Shown in pieces: positions 8,138-18,031 of a stretch of 64,000 bases of DNA. The position numbers were made by a program, and so were the translations under genes. The notes beneath the pieces were generated by a model. That model was not told the DNA's origin and ran no database searches. It saw only the letters and a list, made by a program, of their open reading frames with translations. The stretch is from Myxococcales bacterium UBA1238 (lineage in GTDB: Bacteria; Myxococcota_A; Bradymonadia; UBA7976; UBA1532), in assembly GCA_002309015.1 (NCBI GenBank), contig DBWM01000011.1, positions 15,986-79,985 of the forward strand. The letters are read 5' to 3'. Position 1 is the stretch's first letter; every line of letters starts with the position of its first letter.

Positions 8138-9703
8138 GTGATATTCACGCGCGCCATGAGCGAACCAGAAAACTTTAAAGAAAAAATCCTGCAGGCCTGC
8201 CTGCTGCTCGAAGCCGTAGACGCCGATCGCGGCCTTTTGATCCAGGTGGATCCCGAACTCAGAAAGCGGTTTCTCACAGCTGCAGGTCTCGTCTCGCGTC
8301 CCGACAGAGATGCGCGCCGAAAGCTTGTGCGGGCCGGACGCAAACAAAACCGTGCAGATCGCAAGGCCTCCGACGCCGAACTGATCGAACAGACCGGCAT
8401 CAGGGAGCTCAGGGCCGCGCCCGTGTTTCAAACACCCGCGTTCCTCCCACCACCTCCGGTGAACGCGCAATGCGAAGAGTTTGAATCGACCCCTGAACCC
8501 GCGAAACAACTTTCTGAAGAGCGCAGCTGCTACATCTGCAAGCGGCGTTACAACACTCTGCACCCGTTTTACGACCAGCTCTGCCCCGAGTGCGGCGACT
8601 TCAACTACAAGAAGCGCTTTCAGACGGCCGATCTCACCGGCAGAACCGCGCTGGTCACGGGCGGCAGGGTCAAGATCGGTTATCAGGCCGCCGTGATGCT
8701 GCTCCGCGCCGGCGCGAAAGTGATCGTTTGCACAAGGTTCCCCAGGGATGCTGCGGCGCGCTTTGCCCGCGAAAAAGAGTTTCCCGAATGGCAGGGCCGG
8801 ATCGAAGTTCACGGACTCGATTTGCGCCACACCCCAAGCGTGGAAGCGTTCTGTCAGCATCTTTGCGACACGGAGCCGAGGCTCGATTTCATCATCAACA
8901 ATGCCTGTCAGACCGTGCGCCGCCCTTCGGGCTTTTATCGTCACTTGATGGATGCGGAGTCTGAACCCTGGTCGCAGTTGCCCAAACAAGCGCGCGCCCT
9001 GCTCGAGTCCTACGAAACCATGCGTCACGCAAAGGGGCTCCTCGTAGAAGGTCCGATCGCATTGCCCAAGCAATGGTCGCCCGCGCAGGCGCCGGGTCTG
9101 ACGCACGCCGCTGAGATGAGTCAGCTCGCGGTGCTGGCCGAGGATCTCAACTTTTCAAAAGAGTTGTTCCCCGAAGGGCTCCTCGATGCAGATTTGCAAC
9201 AGGTGGATCTCCGCACCATGAACTCGTGGCGCATGGAACTTGCAGATGTGCAGAGCGGGGAGCTGCTCGAGGTGCAACTCGTCAACGCCGTTGCACCCTT
9301 CGTGCTGGACTCGAAACTGAAGCCTTTGATGTTGAAAACCCCGGAGCGCGACAAGCACATCGTCAACGTCTCTGCCATGGAAGGCCAGTTCTACCGGCGG
9401 TACAAAACTGCAAGGCATCCGCACACCAACATGGCGAAGGCGGCCCTCAACATGCTGACGCGCACCTCGGCCGCCGACTACGTGCGCGATGGCATCCACA
9501 TGAACAGCGTCGACACCGGATGGGTCACCGACGAAGATCCCGCACTTCTGGCCGCAAGGAAGGTGGAGGAACACGGCTTTTCACCGCCGTTGGACATCGT
9601 TGACGGGGCCGCGCGCATCGTCGATCCGATCTTCAGCGGCTTCAACACCGGCATCCACGTCTGGGGACAATTCCTAAAGGACTACAAGCCCGTCGCGTGG
9701 TGA
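8138..9703 (+). CDS. SDR-family oxidoreductase with an N-terminal extension and a CxxC..CxxC zinc ribbon
   Basis: Rossmann motif TGRTALVTGGRVKIGYQ. INNACQ. Zinc ribbon CYICKRRYNTLHPFYDQLCPEC immediately upstream of the SDR domain. Confidence 0.75.
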   Translation: MIFTRAMSEPENFKEKILQACLLLEAVDADRGLLIQVDPELRKRFLTAAGLVSRPDRDARRKLVRAGRKQNRADRKASDAELIEQTGIRELRAAPVFQTPAFLPPPPVNAQCEEFESTPEPAKQLSEERSCYICKRRYNTLHPFYDQLCPECGDFNYKKRFQTADLTGRTALVTGGRVKIGYQAAVMLLRAGAKVIVCTRFPRDAAARFAREKEFPEWQGRIEVHGLDLRHTPSVEAFCQHLCDTEPRLDFIINNACQTVRRPSGFYRHLMDAESEPWSQLPKQARALLESYETMRHAKGLLVEGPIALPKQWSPAQAPGLTHAAEMSQLAVLAEDLNFSKELFPEGLLDADLQQVDLRTMNSWRMELADVQSGELLEVQLVNAVAPFVLDSKLKPLMLKTPERDKHIVNVSAMEGQFYRRYKTARHPHTNMAKAALNMLTRTSAADYVRDGIHMNSVDTGWVTDEDPALLAARKVEEHGFSPPLDIVDGAARIVDPIFSGFNTGIHVWGQFLKDYKPVAW

Positions 9704-9730
9704 AACTGCAACGATCCCGCGCGCGGGTGC

Positions 9731-10130
9731 AATGGGCGGATCACGGAAGTGAGTTGACCTGCGTCGCGGGCGGGATGGGCGGATCACGGTTGTGAAGGCA
9801 ACTGCGGCGCAGGCAGCATGCCCGGGCAAAAAATCTGAGAAGGTTGCATCACAGGCTCTGTGCGCTGCGCGCCGAGGTGAAGTCGCGTGCAGGGCGGAGG
9901 CGATGGGCGGATCGCGGAGGTTGAGCGACATGCAGCGCAGATGTGATGGGCGGAGCATGGAGGTGAAGGAGCGTGCAGGACGGATGCAATGCGGGGATCG
10001 CGGAGGTGAAGCGACGTGCAGGACGGATGCGATGGGCGAATCGCGGAGGTTGAGTGACTTGCATGCCGGACGCGATGCGGGGATCGCGGAGGTGAAGTAA
10101 CGTGCATGACGGGCGCGATGGTCGATGCAC
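9731..10130. repeat. non-coding tandem array, about 9 units with an exact 43-bp period (same family as 2996-3390)
   Basis: Unit starts, hand-indexed, at 9731, 9774, 9817, 9859/9860, 9902, 9945, 9988, 10031, 10074 and 10117. The core GGATCGCGGAGGTGAAG is shared with the first array. Confidence 0.9.
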
Positions 10131-10230
10131 GGGACTCCACAAAAATGCGCGCGGTTTTCAAAACCTGCAAATTGCAAATGATCCTTCTGCAAACGGGCAT
10201 ACAGCCGTGATCGAAGCCTTTGCGCGAGTC

Positions 10231-10549
10231 GGAAACTGCGATGCAGGCGTGAATGCCGGATTGCGCGCGATTGAAAACTGCGATGCAGACGTGAAATTTA
10301 AAATCCGGGATACGGTAAAATGGAAAACGGGTCTGAATGAAGAGTCCCGAAAGCATGAAACGCCATTTGCAGCCCTGAAACCCGGATCCAGAACGCCTGA
10401 ATTCTCAAAAGCGTCCCTCTTTTTTGAGATCGCGCCTGCGCGATTGGGGCATGAAGCCCTGTTTGAAGGATTTGCGGCTTTAGGGATCCTCATTGTGAGG
10501 CTGCAAGCGGGATCCGCGTCCGTTGAAAACCGCGATGCAGGCGTGAATG
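10231..10549. repeat. three copies of a 23-25-nt box in the long leader of the protease cluster
   Basis: GGAAACTGCGATGCAGGCGTGAATG (10231), GAAAACTGCGATGCAGACGTGAA (10273) and GAAAACCGCGATGCAGGCGTGAATG (10525). Confidence 0.6.
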
Positions 10550-10796
10550 TGCGATCCCGAACCGATGCGAAAAAAGATGCAGAGTGACATGAAGGCTCCG
10601 GATGCGCTGTAAATGGGGATGCAGGTCTGCAGGAATGCTTTGGAAACGCTGCATCTTCGCTTGCAGGCGCTCTTTGGGCATGCGGATTCTTACGCATTAA
10701 AGTTGCATTTATGAACGCTTCGTATTGTGCAATCCGTTACCCCTGTGTTAAATAAAGCGAGATTGCCTGATTTTTGAGTGCGAAAGGGGAAATGCG

Positions 10797-12431
10797 ATGC
10801 GCTTTGATCGCCTGATGCTGTTGCCTTTGCTGATGGTTTGCTGTTTTGGATGCGGTTCCGACGAAAGCCGCGATGCGGACGAGAATGGCGCGGAGGCCGA
10901 CAGCTCAAATTCGGAATCCCTCGGCAAATGGAGCGTTTTGAGCCAGGGCGTTCCCAAAAACAGCGATCTCGTCGACGAAGCGAAGGCCGATCAGGTTTTT
11001 CCGGCGCAGTTCGATCTGGTCGCCACCCAGTCGCCCGTCAAGGATCAGGGCGGCCGCAGCGTTTGCTCGATCTTCTCCACCGTCGCGCTGATGGAACATC
11101 TCTACATCAAAGAGGGCACCATCAAAAATCCCGATTTTTCAGAGCAATACCTGCAGTGGGCGGTCAAAAATCAGTTCAAAAAATACACCGACACTGAGGC
11201 TTCAAACGCCGAAATCAACCTGAAAACCATCGCGTTTTACGGCATCCCCGAAGAGAACGCCTGGACTTACGAATCTTCGCGCTGGAACAAATCCCGGAAT
11301 TCCGAATGCTCCGGCAGCGGCCACGATCACGAGCCCATCATCTGCTACAGCAACGGCGAACCCCCGGAATCCGCAAAGAACGCGAAGCTCTGGAAGCTGC
11401 CCTACAACACGCGCTACGTGAACAGCAAGGCCCAAAACATCAAGGCCTACATGTACGGCACCGAGCGCGCGGCTATCGCGAGCGTGCAATTCTTCTACCA
11501 AAGCTGGAATCACGGCAGCTCGAACCTCAAGATCAACGCCGACTCCAAGGGCAAAGGCTACGTGCTTTACCCGAACGAGGAGGATTTTGAATACAGCCTC
11601 GAACATGACGCGGGGCATTCCGTGCTGCTCGTGGGCTGGGACGACAATCTCGAAGTGCCGATCGTCGACAAAGCGGGCAAGCGCATCATCGGCGAAGACG
11701 GTAAGCCTGTGACCGAAAAAGGATTTTTCCTGTTTAAGAACTCCTGGGGCTCGCGCGGATCCTTCGGCGCTCAAAACCCCAAGGGCAGAGGTTACGGCTG
11801 GATTTCTTACCGTTACGTCGAAGATTTCGGCTCCATCGCGGTGGCGGCCGAGCCCGAGGTCAAGCTCGATCCCGAAATCTGCGACGACAAGATCGACAAC
11901 AACGGCGATCACCTCATCGACTGCGATGATCCGATGTGCGCCGACGACAAATACTGCACCACCGATCCCGAAATCTGCGACGACGGCATCGATAACGACG
12001 GAGACGGCCTGAAAGACTGCGCAGACAGCGACTGCTTCGGCACCTTCCATTGCGCCAGCGATGCGGCTGTGAAGCGCTTTACCTCGAACGAGCGCATCGC
12101 GATTCCCGATAACGACAGCGACGGCATCACCTCGACCATTGAGGCCGAGGGCAATGGCAAAATCGGCAGCCTGCGCGTGCATGTCGAGATCGATCACCCT
12201 TACCGCCGCGATCTCGAAGTGGTGCTGATGTCGCCCGAAGGCGAGTTTGCGGTCGTCTTCGATCACGACGCCCGAAACGAGGCCAACCTGGACGTGACGG
12301 TGGAGCTCAGCGAATTTGACGGCGCCTCATATGCCGGCGAATGGACGCTGATCGTGGCCGATACCGCTGCAGGCGAGACCGGTACCCTCAAGAACTGGTC
12401 GCTCGAAATCGTCGAGCAGGGCGCCCGCTGA
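10797..12431 (+). CDS. lipoprotein papain-like (C1) cysteine peptidase + Cys/Asp-rich repeats + proprotein-convertase P-domain (paralog 1)
   Basis: Lipobox LLMVCCFGCGSD. Catalytic-type motifs DQGGRSVCSIFST (Gln/Cys), GHSVLLVGWDD (His) and FKNSWG (Asn). 2x EICDD(K/G)IDN(N/D)GD..DC.D..C. P-domain-like IPDNDSDGITSTIE..LRVHVEIDHPYRRDLEVVLMSPEG..GEWTLIVADTAAGETGTLKNWSLEI. Confidence 0.85.
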   Translation: MRFDRLMLLPLLMVCCFGCGSDESRDADENGAEADSSNSESLGKWSVLSQGVPKNSDLVDEAKADQVFPAQFDLVATQSPVKDQGGRSVCSIFSTVALMEHLYIKEGTIKNPDFSEQYLQWAVKNQFKKYTDTEASNAEINLKTIAFYGIPEENAWTYESSRWNKSRNSECSGSGHDHEPIICYSNGEPPESAKNAKLWKLPYNTRYVNSKAQNIKAYMYGTERAAIASVQFFYQSWNHGSSNLKINADSKGKGYVLYPNEEDFEYSLEHDAGHSVLLVGWDDNLEVPIVDKAGKRIIGEDGKPVTEKGFFLFKNSWGSRGSFGAQNPKGRGYGWISYRYVEDFGSIAVAAEPEVKLDPEICDDKIDNNGDHLIDCDDPMCADDKYCTTDPEICDDGIDNDGDGLKDCADSDCFGTFHCASDAAVKRFTSNERIAIPDNDSDGITSTIEAEGNGKIGSLRVHVEIDHPYRRDLEVVLMSPEGEFAVVFDHDARNEANLDVTVELSEFDGASYAGEWTLIVADTAAGETGTLKNWSLEIVEQGAR

Positions 12432-12595
12432 GCGGCGATGACCTGCACTGGATGCGGGCAAAAAATTTTTTTTGATGCAGATGCTTTTTTGATGAATAAA
12501 AAACCGAATCGCGCGTTATAGGGCGGTTTTTGAGCGTGCGCAGGCGACGTTTGTGCGCATGGCCCTCATGAGGCGCTTTTGGCAAGGAGTTTTTT

Positions 12596-14239
12596 ATGAA
12601 GCGTTTTTCTTCTTCTTTTGTAGCCGCTTTGATTGCGGGCAGCCTTTGCGCTTGCGGATCCGATGGCGATAACCATGAAAATGATCCGCTCGACGACGAT
12701 GTGGTGATCAACGCTGCGCTTTCCGATCTCGATGCTTTGCTCGAAGGCGCGCCCAAGAACAGCGAACTGCGCGACGAACCCAAGGCCGACCAGGTCTTCC
12801 CGGCGCAGTTTGATTTGATGGCCACCCAGTCGCCCGTCAGGGATCAGGGGTATCGCGGTGTTTGCTCCATTTTCTCGACCGTGGCTTTGATGGAGCATCT
12901 CTACAAGAAGGAAGGCACCATCGAAAATCCCGATTTCTCGGAACAATATCTGCAATGGTCCGTCAAGAATCAGCATAAGAAGTTCACGACCTCTGGCGGA
13001 TCCAACGCGACCTATAACCTGGAAGCCATTGCGAAATACGGCATCGTTGCTGAGAGTGACTGGCGTTACGAAGATCGCCCCTGGAGCCATTCCAGCCACC
13101 CCGAATGCTCCGGCGATTGCGATGACAACGAGCCCGTCGCCTGCTACACCAACGGCGAGCCGCCCGAAGCCGCCAAGAGCGCGCGCCTCTGGAAGCTGCC
13201 CAAGTCGACGCGTTACGTGAACAGCAAGCCTCAAAACATCAAGGCTTACATGTACGGCACCGGCAACGCGGTGATCTCCGGCGGTCAGTTCTTCTACCAG
13301 GGCTGGAACCACGGCGGATCCAACTTAAGGGTCAACAAGGAATATTCGCGCCAGGGCTACGTGCTCTATCCCAACGACGCCGATAAGGAATACAGCAACG
13401 CGCACCGCGCCGGTCACTCCTACCTGCTCGTGGGCTGGGATGACAATCTCGAAGTGCCGATCATGGACAAGAACGGTCAGCAGGTCCTCGACGAAAACGG
13501 CAACCCCAAGGTTGAAAAGGGCTTCTGGTTGTTCAAGAACTCCTGGGGCACCGACAGCTTTGGCATCAAGAACCCCAAAGGCGCAGGCTACGGCTGGATT
13601 TCTTACAAATATGTTGAAGAATTCGGCTCCATCGCGGTGGCTGACGAACCCAAGCTCGAGCCCGAAATCTGCGACGACGGCAAAGACAACAACGGCGATA
13701 ACCGCATCGACTGCGAAGATCCGAAATGCGCCGAAGATCCGGTCTGCGTGATTGAGCCCGAAATCTGCGGCGACGGCAAAGACAACGACAAGGATGGCGA
13801 TTTCGATTGCGACGACAGCGATTGCGCCGATGCGATCGAATGCACCGCAATCCGTATGGAATCCACGAAGTCCGAAGCGATCCCCGACGGCTACAGCGAG
13901 GTTCTGTCCGATCTGGAGTTTGAGGGCGAAGGCGTGATCAAGCATCTCCGCGTCACCCTCGATATTACGCACCCCTATCGCCGCGATCTCGCTGTGACCC
14001 TGTATTCGCCCTGCTACTGGGATGGCGGTGATGACGACTGCGCCATCGAGCTTTACGACGGCAAGTCCGATCCCGACCGCAACGCTGTCGATTTGAAGCA
14101 AACCTTCGAGAGCGATGCTTTGAACGGCAAGATTTACGCGGGTGACTGGATTTTGCGCGTGGCCGACGATACCGAAGGCGAAGAGGGCGTTCTGAACAGC
14201 TGGTCGCTCGAAGTGGTCCCCGAAGCGGCCTCGAAGTAA
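12596..14239 (+). CDS. C1 cysteine peptidase + Cys/Asp-rich repeats + P-domain lipoprotein (paralog 2)
   Basis: Lipobox IAGSLCACGSD. DQGYRGVCSIFST, GHSYLLVGWDD, FKNSWG. EICDDGKDNNGDNRIDCEDPKC and EICGDGKDNDKDGDFDCDDSDC. ITHPYRRDLAVTLYSP..GDWILRVADDTEGEEGVLNSWSLEV. Confidence 0.85.
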   Translation: MKRFSSSFVAALIAGSLCACGSDGDNHENDPLDDDVVINAALSDLDALLEGAPKNSELRDEPKADQVFPAQFDLMATQSPVRDQGYRGVCSIFSTVALMEHLYKKEGTIENPDFSEQYLQWSVKNQHKKFTTSGGSNATYNLEAIAKYGIVAESDWRYEDRPWSHSSHPECSGDCDDNEPVACYTNGEPPEAAKSARLWKLPKSTRYVNSKPQNIKAYMYGTGNAVISGGQFFYQGWNHGGSNLRVNKEYSRQGYVLYPNDADKEYSNAHRAGHSYLLVGWDDNLEVPIMDKNGQQVLDENGNPKVEKGFWLFKNSWGTDSFGIKNPKGAGYGWISYKYVEEFGSIAVADEPKLEPEICDDGKDNNGDNRIDCEDPKCAEDPVCVIEPEICGDGKDNDKDGDFDCDDSDCADAIECTAIRMESTKSEAIPDGYSEVLSDLEFEGEGVIKHLRVTLDITHPYRRDLAVTLYSPCYWDGGDDDCAIELYDGKSDPDRNAVDLKQTFESDALNGKIYAGDWILRVADDTEGEEGVLNSWSLEVVPEAASK

Positions 14240-14273
14240 TGCTTGCATTTTGAGAGCATTCTTTGCTTTAAAG

Positions 14274-14322
14274 GCGCGATCCTGAACATTTCCCGCGGGT
14301 CATTTCAGGATCGCGCTTTTTT
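14274..14322 (+). terminator. rho-independent terminator after protease paralog 2
   Basis: 13-bp perfect stem GCGCGATCCTGAA (14274-14286) / TTCAGGATCGCGC (14304-14316), followed by TTTTTT. Confidence 0.75.
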
Positions 14323-14384
14323 GCGCCCAGGAATCGATAACTGACAAAAATACTGAATGAAATCAACCGGTTGTAAGGAGCGAT

Positions 14385-15911
14385 ATGAAGCGCTTTTCTC
14401 CTTTTTTGATGGCTTTGCTGGCAGCGCAATTTGTGGCCTGCGGTGATGAGAACCACAACGAAGTGGATGACGACGATACCCCCGCATTGAACGCGCCGCT
14501 CACTTCGCTTCAGGTTTTGATGAAGGGCGCGCCCAAAAACGGTGATTTGCCCGACGAGCCGAAAGCGGATCAGGTCTTCCCCTCTGCGTTCGATTTGATG
14601 GATTCTCAAAGCCCCGTCAAGGATCAGGCCTACCGCGGCGTCTGCTCGATCTTCTCGACCATCGCGCTGATGGAGCATCTCTACAAGAAGGAAGGCACCC
14701 TCAAAGATCCCGATTTTTCGGAGCAATATCTGCAATGGTCCGTCAAGAATCAGGTGAAGTCGTTCCAGGACAGCGAGGGTTCGAGCGAGGAAGACAATCT
14801 CGAAGCGATCTTCAAATGGGGCGTGCCTGAAGAGAGCGCCTGGCCCTACGAGGAATCCCCCTGGAGCCACAGGCAGCATCCCGAATGCTCCGGCGATTGC
14901 AACGATAACGAGCCCTTAGCCTGCTACACCAACGGCGAGCCGCCCGAATCCGCTCAAAATGCCAAGCTCTTCAAGCTCAAAGCGAGCCGGCGTTACATCA
15001 ACAGCAAGCCGAAGAACATTAAATCCTATATGTACGGCACCGGCCATGCGGTGATCGCGGGCGGTCAATTCTTCTACCAAAGCTGGAATCACGGCGGATC
15101 CAACTTAAAGGTCAGCAAGGAATATTCGCGCCAGGGCTACGTGCTCTATCCCAACGCGGACGACATCGCCTACAGCAACGAAAACGAAGCGGGCCATTCC
15201 TTCCTGCTCGTGGGCTGGGACGACAATCTCGAAGTGCCGATCGTCGACAAAGCGGGCAAACAGGTGCTCGATGAAAACGGTAACCCCAAGGTTGAAAAGG
15301 GTTTCTGGCTCTTTAAGAACTCCTGGGGCACCGACAGCTTTGGCATCAAGAATCCCAAGGGCGCAGGCTACGGCTGGATCTCTTACAAATATGTAGAAGA
15401 ATTTGCATCGGTGGCCGTGGCCGACGAGCCCGAAATCGAGCGACCCGCTGAAATCTGCGACGACGGCATCGACAACGACGGCGATGGTTACAAGGACTGC
15501 GCCGACAGCGACTGCGCCAAGGACGCCGCCTGCAAGTCCAAGAACATCCGCGTGGAATCCAACGAAGCTGTAGAGATTCCCGATGACGACAGCAATGGCG
15601 TGATTTCAAGTCTGGAGGTTGAAGGTGAGGGCACCATCGGCAAGCTCAAGCTTTTCGTCGATATTACGCACCCTTACCGCCGCGATCTGACGATCTGGCT
15701 TTACGCGCCCGATCAGGAGAGCGCGGTCGTCTTCTATGGCAGGACCGATGCCGCCCAGCGCACTGCGAATCTTCAGAAAACCTTTACCATTCCAGACTTT
15801 AAGGGCAAGCCCTTTGCGGGTGAATGGAGCCTGATGGTGATCGACGATGCTGAAGAAGATTCTGGTCGCCTGAACAGCTGGTCCCTCGACATCACGCCTG
15901 CCAAAAAATAA
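14385..15911 (+). CDS. C1 cysteine peptidase + Cys/Asp-rich repeat + P-domain lipoprotein (paralog 3)
   Basis: Lipobox AAQFVACGDE. DQAYRGVCSIFST, GHSFLLVGWDD, FKNSWG. A single EICDDGIDNDGDGYKDCADSDC repeat. ITHPYRRDLTIWLYAP..GEWSLMVIDDAEEDSGRLNSWSLDI. Confidence 0.85.
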   Translation: MKRFSPFLMALLAAQFVACGDENHNEVDDDDTPALNAPLTSLQVLMKGAPKNGDLPDEPKADQVFPSAFDLMDSQSPVKDQAYRGVCSIFSTIALMEHLYKKEGTLKDPDFSEQYLQWSVKNQVKSFQDSEGSSEEDNLEAIFKWGVPEESAWPYEESPWSHRQHPECSGDCNDNEPLACYTNGEPPESAQNAKLFKLKASRRYINSKPKNIKSYMYGTGHAVIAGGQFFYQSWNHGGSNLKVSKEYSRQGYVLYPNADDIAYSNENEAGHSFLLVGWDDNLEVPIVDKAGKQVLDENGNPKVEKGFWLFKNSWGTDSFGIKNPKGAGYGWISYKYVEEFASVAVADEPEIERPAEICDDGIDNDGDGYKDCADSDCAKDAACKSKNIRVESNEAVEIPDDDSNGVISSLEVEGEGTIGKLKLFVDITHPYRRDLTIWLYAPDQESAVVFYGRTDAAQRTANLQKTFTIPDFKGKPFAGEWSLMVIDDAEEDSGRLNSWSLDITPAKK

Positions 15912-16054
15912 GGCCGATCTCACCTTCTGATTTCACACCCAAATCCTGCCTTTTTTCCCCGCCTCAAAAATTTCGTCGATTCTGCGCAACATTTGCCGCC
16001 GGGCGCCGATGAAGAGATCGCTCAGCGGACAAATCACCAGCAGAGGAGACAAAA

Positions 16055-16510
16055 ATGCGAGTTCCGAATGAGTTGCCGTTCGACGTGACGTTGCCTTTCA
16101 CCGACGAGGATCCCATGGAGCGCGAAGAGATCGCGATGCATCTCTACGCGTATTTTTTGCAGGCGCCCGAATCCAAAAGATTGCGCAGGCGACCCCGTAA
16201 CCTGGATGCCGCAAGAAGGCTCTGCAGCGAGATGGCGGCCTACCAGAATCCCTTTTGCGCGACCCCTTACGACATGAAGGCGATCACGCGCAGCTGGGTT
16301 TTGAGTGGCGCCTTTACAGAAGATGAGCTTGAGGCCGGACGCCGGGAATTGCGCGCTCTGTGGCGATTTTTTGGTCGCTGCGGCGCCCCCTATGCCGAAG
16401 ACTGCCTCCTTTGGCTGGACGAAACCTGGATCTGGCCCCGGGATCTGCGGAAAAAGCGCCTCGCCGCGCGCCTGAAACGCGAACAGGGTCTGCTTCAGGC
16501 GGCGGCGTAA
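16055..16510 (+). CDS. hypothetical protein
   Basis: GGAG lies 8 nt upstream of the ATG. The composition is protein-like compared with the Arg-rich antisense ORF 16034..16555. No recognisable motif. Confidence 0.5.
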   Translation: MRVPNELPFDVTLPFTDEDPMEREEIAMHLYAYFLQAPESKRLRRRPRNLDAARRLCSEMAAYQNPFCATPYDMKAITRSWVLSGAFTEDELEAGRRELRALWRFFGRCGAPYAEDCLLWLDETWIWPRDLRKKRLAARLKREQGLLQAAA

Positions 16511-16586
16511 GCGTGGAGGCAGGAATCGGTGAATTCTTGCAGGCCGCTGCACCACGCATGAGAAGGGAAGCCGTGAGAGGGCGCTC

Positions 16587-17411
16587 CTAACGCTGGCATG
16601 CTTCGCAAAAGACGCTGCTTCGCTGGGCGATCACTGCTTGCACGAGGGGTTTTCCGCAAAGGGGGCAGGGATCGCCGGCGTGGCCGTAGATTTTTAAGAA
16701 AGGCGTGCTGCGGTAGGAGCGGCCCTGGCTTTGGATGTAATCTTCGCGCGTGGTCTGATTTTTGTGGATGTATTCATCGATGCAGGCGGGGATCGCGGCG
16801 GCCAGGCGCGCGAGTTCGTCCGCTTTGAGGCTGCAGGCGGGGCGTTTGGGTGAGAGCCTGGCGGCAAAAAGGATCTCGTCGGCGTAAATGTTACCGATGC
16901 CCGCTACGATCTGTTGATCGAGCAGGCATTCTTTGAGCATCTTTTTGCGCCTGAGAAGCGTTTTCCCGAGAGATGCTGCGCAGAGCTCAGGATCTAAGGG
17001 CTCCATGCCCAGCTTGTGGATCCCGCTTAAGCGATCTTCTTCGCCGGCGCGAAAGAACCAGAGGCGGCCAAAACGGCGGGGATCGATGTAACGCATCTGC
17101 AGGCCGCTGCTCAGATCCAAAATGACATGCGTATGCTTTTCCTGAGGGGCCTCCCGGGGCAGGATCAGAAGGCAGCCGGTCATGCGTAGATGGACGATCA
17201 GGCGCGCGCGGTCGTCGAAGAGGATTTGAATGTATTTGCCGCGCCTTGTGATCGCGGTGGCGGTCTTTGGGCAGAGGGCTTCTGCAAAAACTGAGGCCCT
17301 GGGATGCGCGATCACATCCTTGCGATTGAGGGTGACGCGCTCGATGCGGCAGCCCAGAAGATCGGGTGAGAGGATGCGGCAGACGGTTTCCACTTCGGGG
17401 AGTTCGGGCAT
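16587..17411 (-). CDS. mutM: formamidopyrimidine-DNA glycosylase
   Basis: N-terminal MPELPEVETV. H2TH region. C-terminal zinc finger CPLCGKPL..RSSVFCEACQ. Confidence 0.95.
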   Translation of the reverse strand: MPELPEVETVCRILSPDLLGCRIERVTLNRKDVIAHPRASVFAEALCPKTATAITRRGKYIQILFDDRARLIVHLRMTGCLLILPREAPQEKHTHVILDLSSGLQMRYIDPRRFGRLWFFRAGEEDRLSGIHKLGMEPLDPELCAASLGKTLLRRKKMLKECLLDQQIVAGIGNIYADEILFAARLSPKRPACSLKADELARLAAAIPACIDEYIHKNQTTREDYIQSQGRSYRSTPFLKIYGHAGDPCPLCGKPLVQAVIAQRSSVFCEACQR

Positions 17412-17428
17412 GGTCGCTTAAAAGGCTT

Positions 17429-18031
17429 TCAGCGCTGTGAAGCCTTTCCCTGAACGCAAAAAAGCTGCCCCTTCTTTTGCACGATCACATCCAAAAAGCC
17501 AACGGCCTGAAGCGCCTTTTGAATCTGCTCCGCGGTCTGGCGTTTCATGCAGGGCACCTTCTTTTCCCAGTCGATTTTGGGATCTCCGTAGTTGTTGACG
17601 ATCACGCAGCGCCCGCCGGGCGTCAGAACGCGGTGGATCTCCTGAAAGCCGCGCTCGATCTCTTTCCAAAAGAATACGGTCTCAAAGGCGGTCACCAGGG
17701 AGAGGCTGTAATCTTCAAAAGGCAACGCCTCGACGCGGCCCTGAAGAATTTTGCATCTTTTTCCGAGAGCGGCGCGGTTCACCTTTTGGGCTTTTTTGAC
17801 GCTCTCTTCAGAGAGATCGAGGCCGTAAACGAATGCGGAGGCGCTCTTTTGGAGCAGGCGCCGAACGTTATATCCGCCGCCGCAGCCGAGATCGGCGATC
17901 TGGCCCGATTTGGGTACATCGAACTGCTCGAAGGCCCAGCGCGCCATCGGTAAATGTTCGCGCTCCATCAGGATGAGCATCAGGCGGCCGAGAATCCCTT
18001 TGGGATGTCCAAATTGATCTGTAAAGGCCAT
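17429..18031 (-). CDS. class I SAM-dependent methyltransferase
   Basis: Motif I IADLGCGGGYN. Typical ~200-aa Methyltransf_11/25 layout. Confidence 0.8.
   Translation of the reverse strand: MAFTDQFGHPKGILGRLMLILMEREHLPMARWAFEQFDVPKSGQIADLGCGGGYNVRRLLQKSASAFVYGLDLSEESVKKAQKVNRAALGKRCKILQGRVEALPFEDYSLSLVTAFETVFFWKEIERGFQEIHRVLTPGGRCVIVNNYGDPKIDWEKKVPCMKRQTAEQIQKALQAVGFLDVIVQKKGQLFCVQGKASQR

Noticed and set aside
8000-9106. 368-aa ORF antisense to the SDR gene
   Set aside because: It is a mirror-frame ORF in GC-rich DNA with no motifs, and the sense strand carries clear SDR motifs.
11202-14879. Long antisense ORFs (354, 248, 307 and 203 aa) opposite the three protease genes
   Set aside because: The sense-strand products have complete catalytic and domain motifs. 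The antisense translations are Val/Ala/Gly/Asp-rich shadows typical of GC-rich coding DNA. The same applies to 5102..5977(+) opposite the lipoprotein gene.
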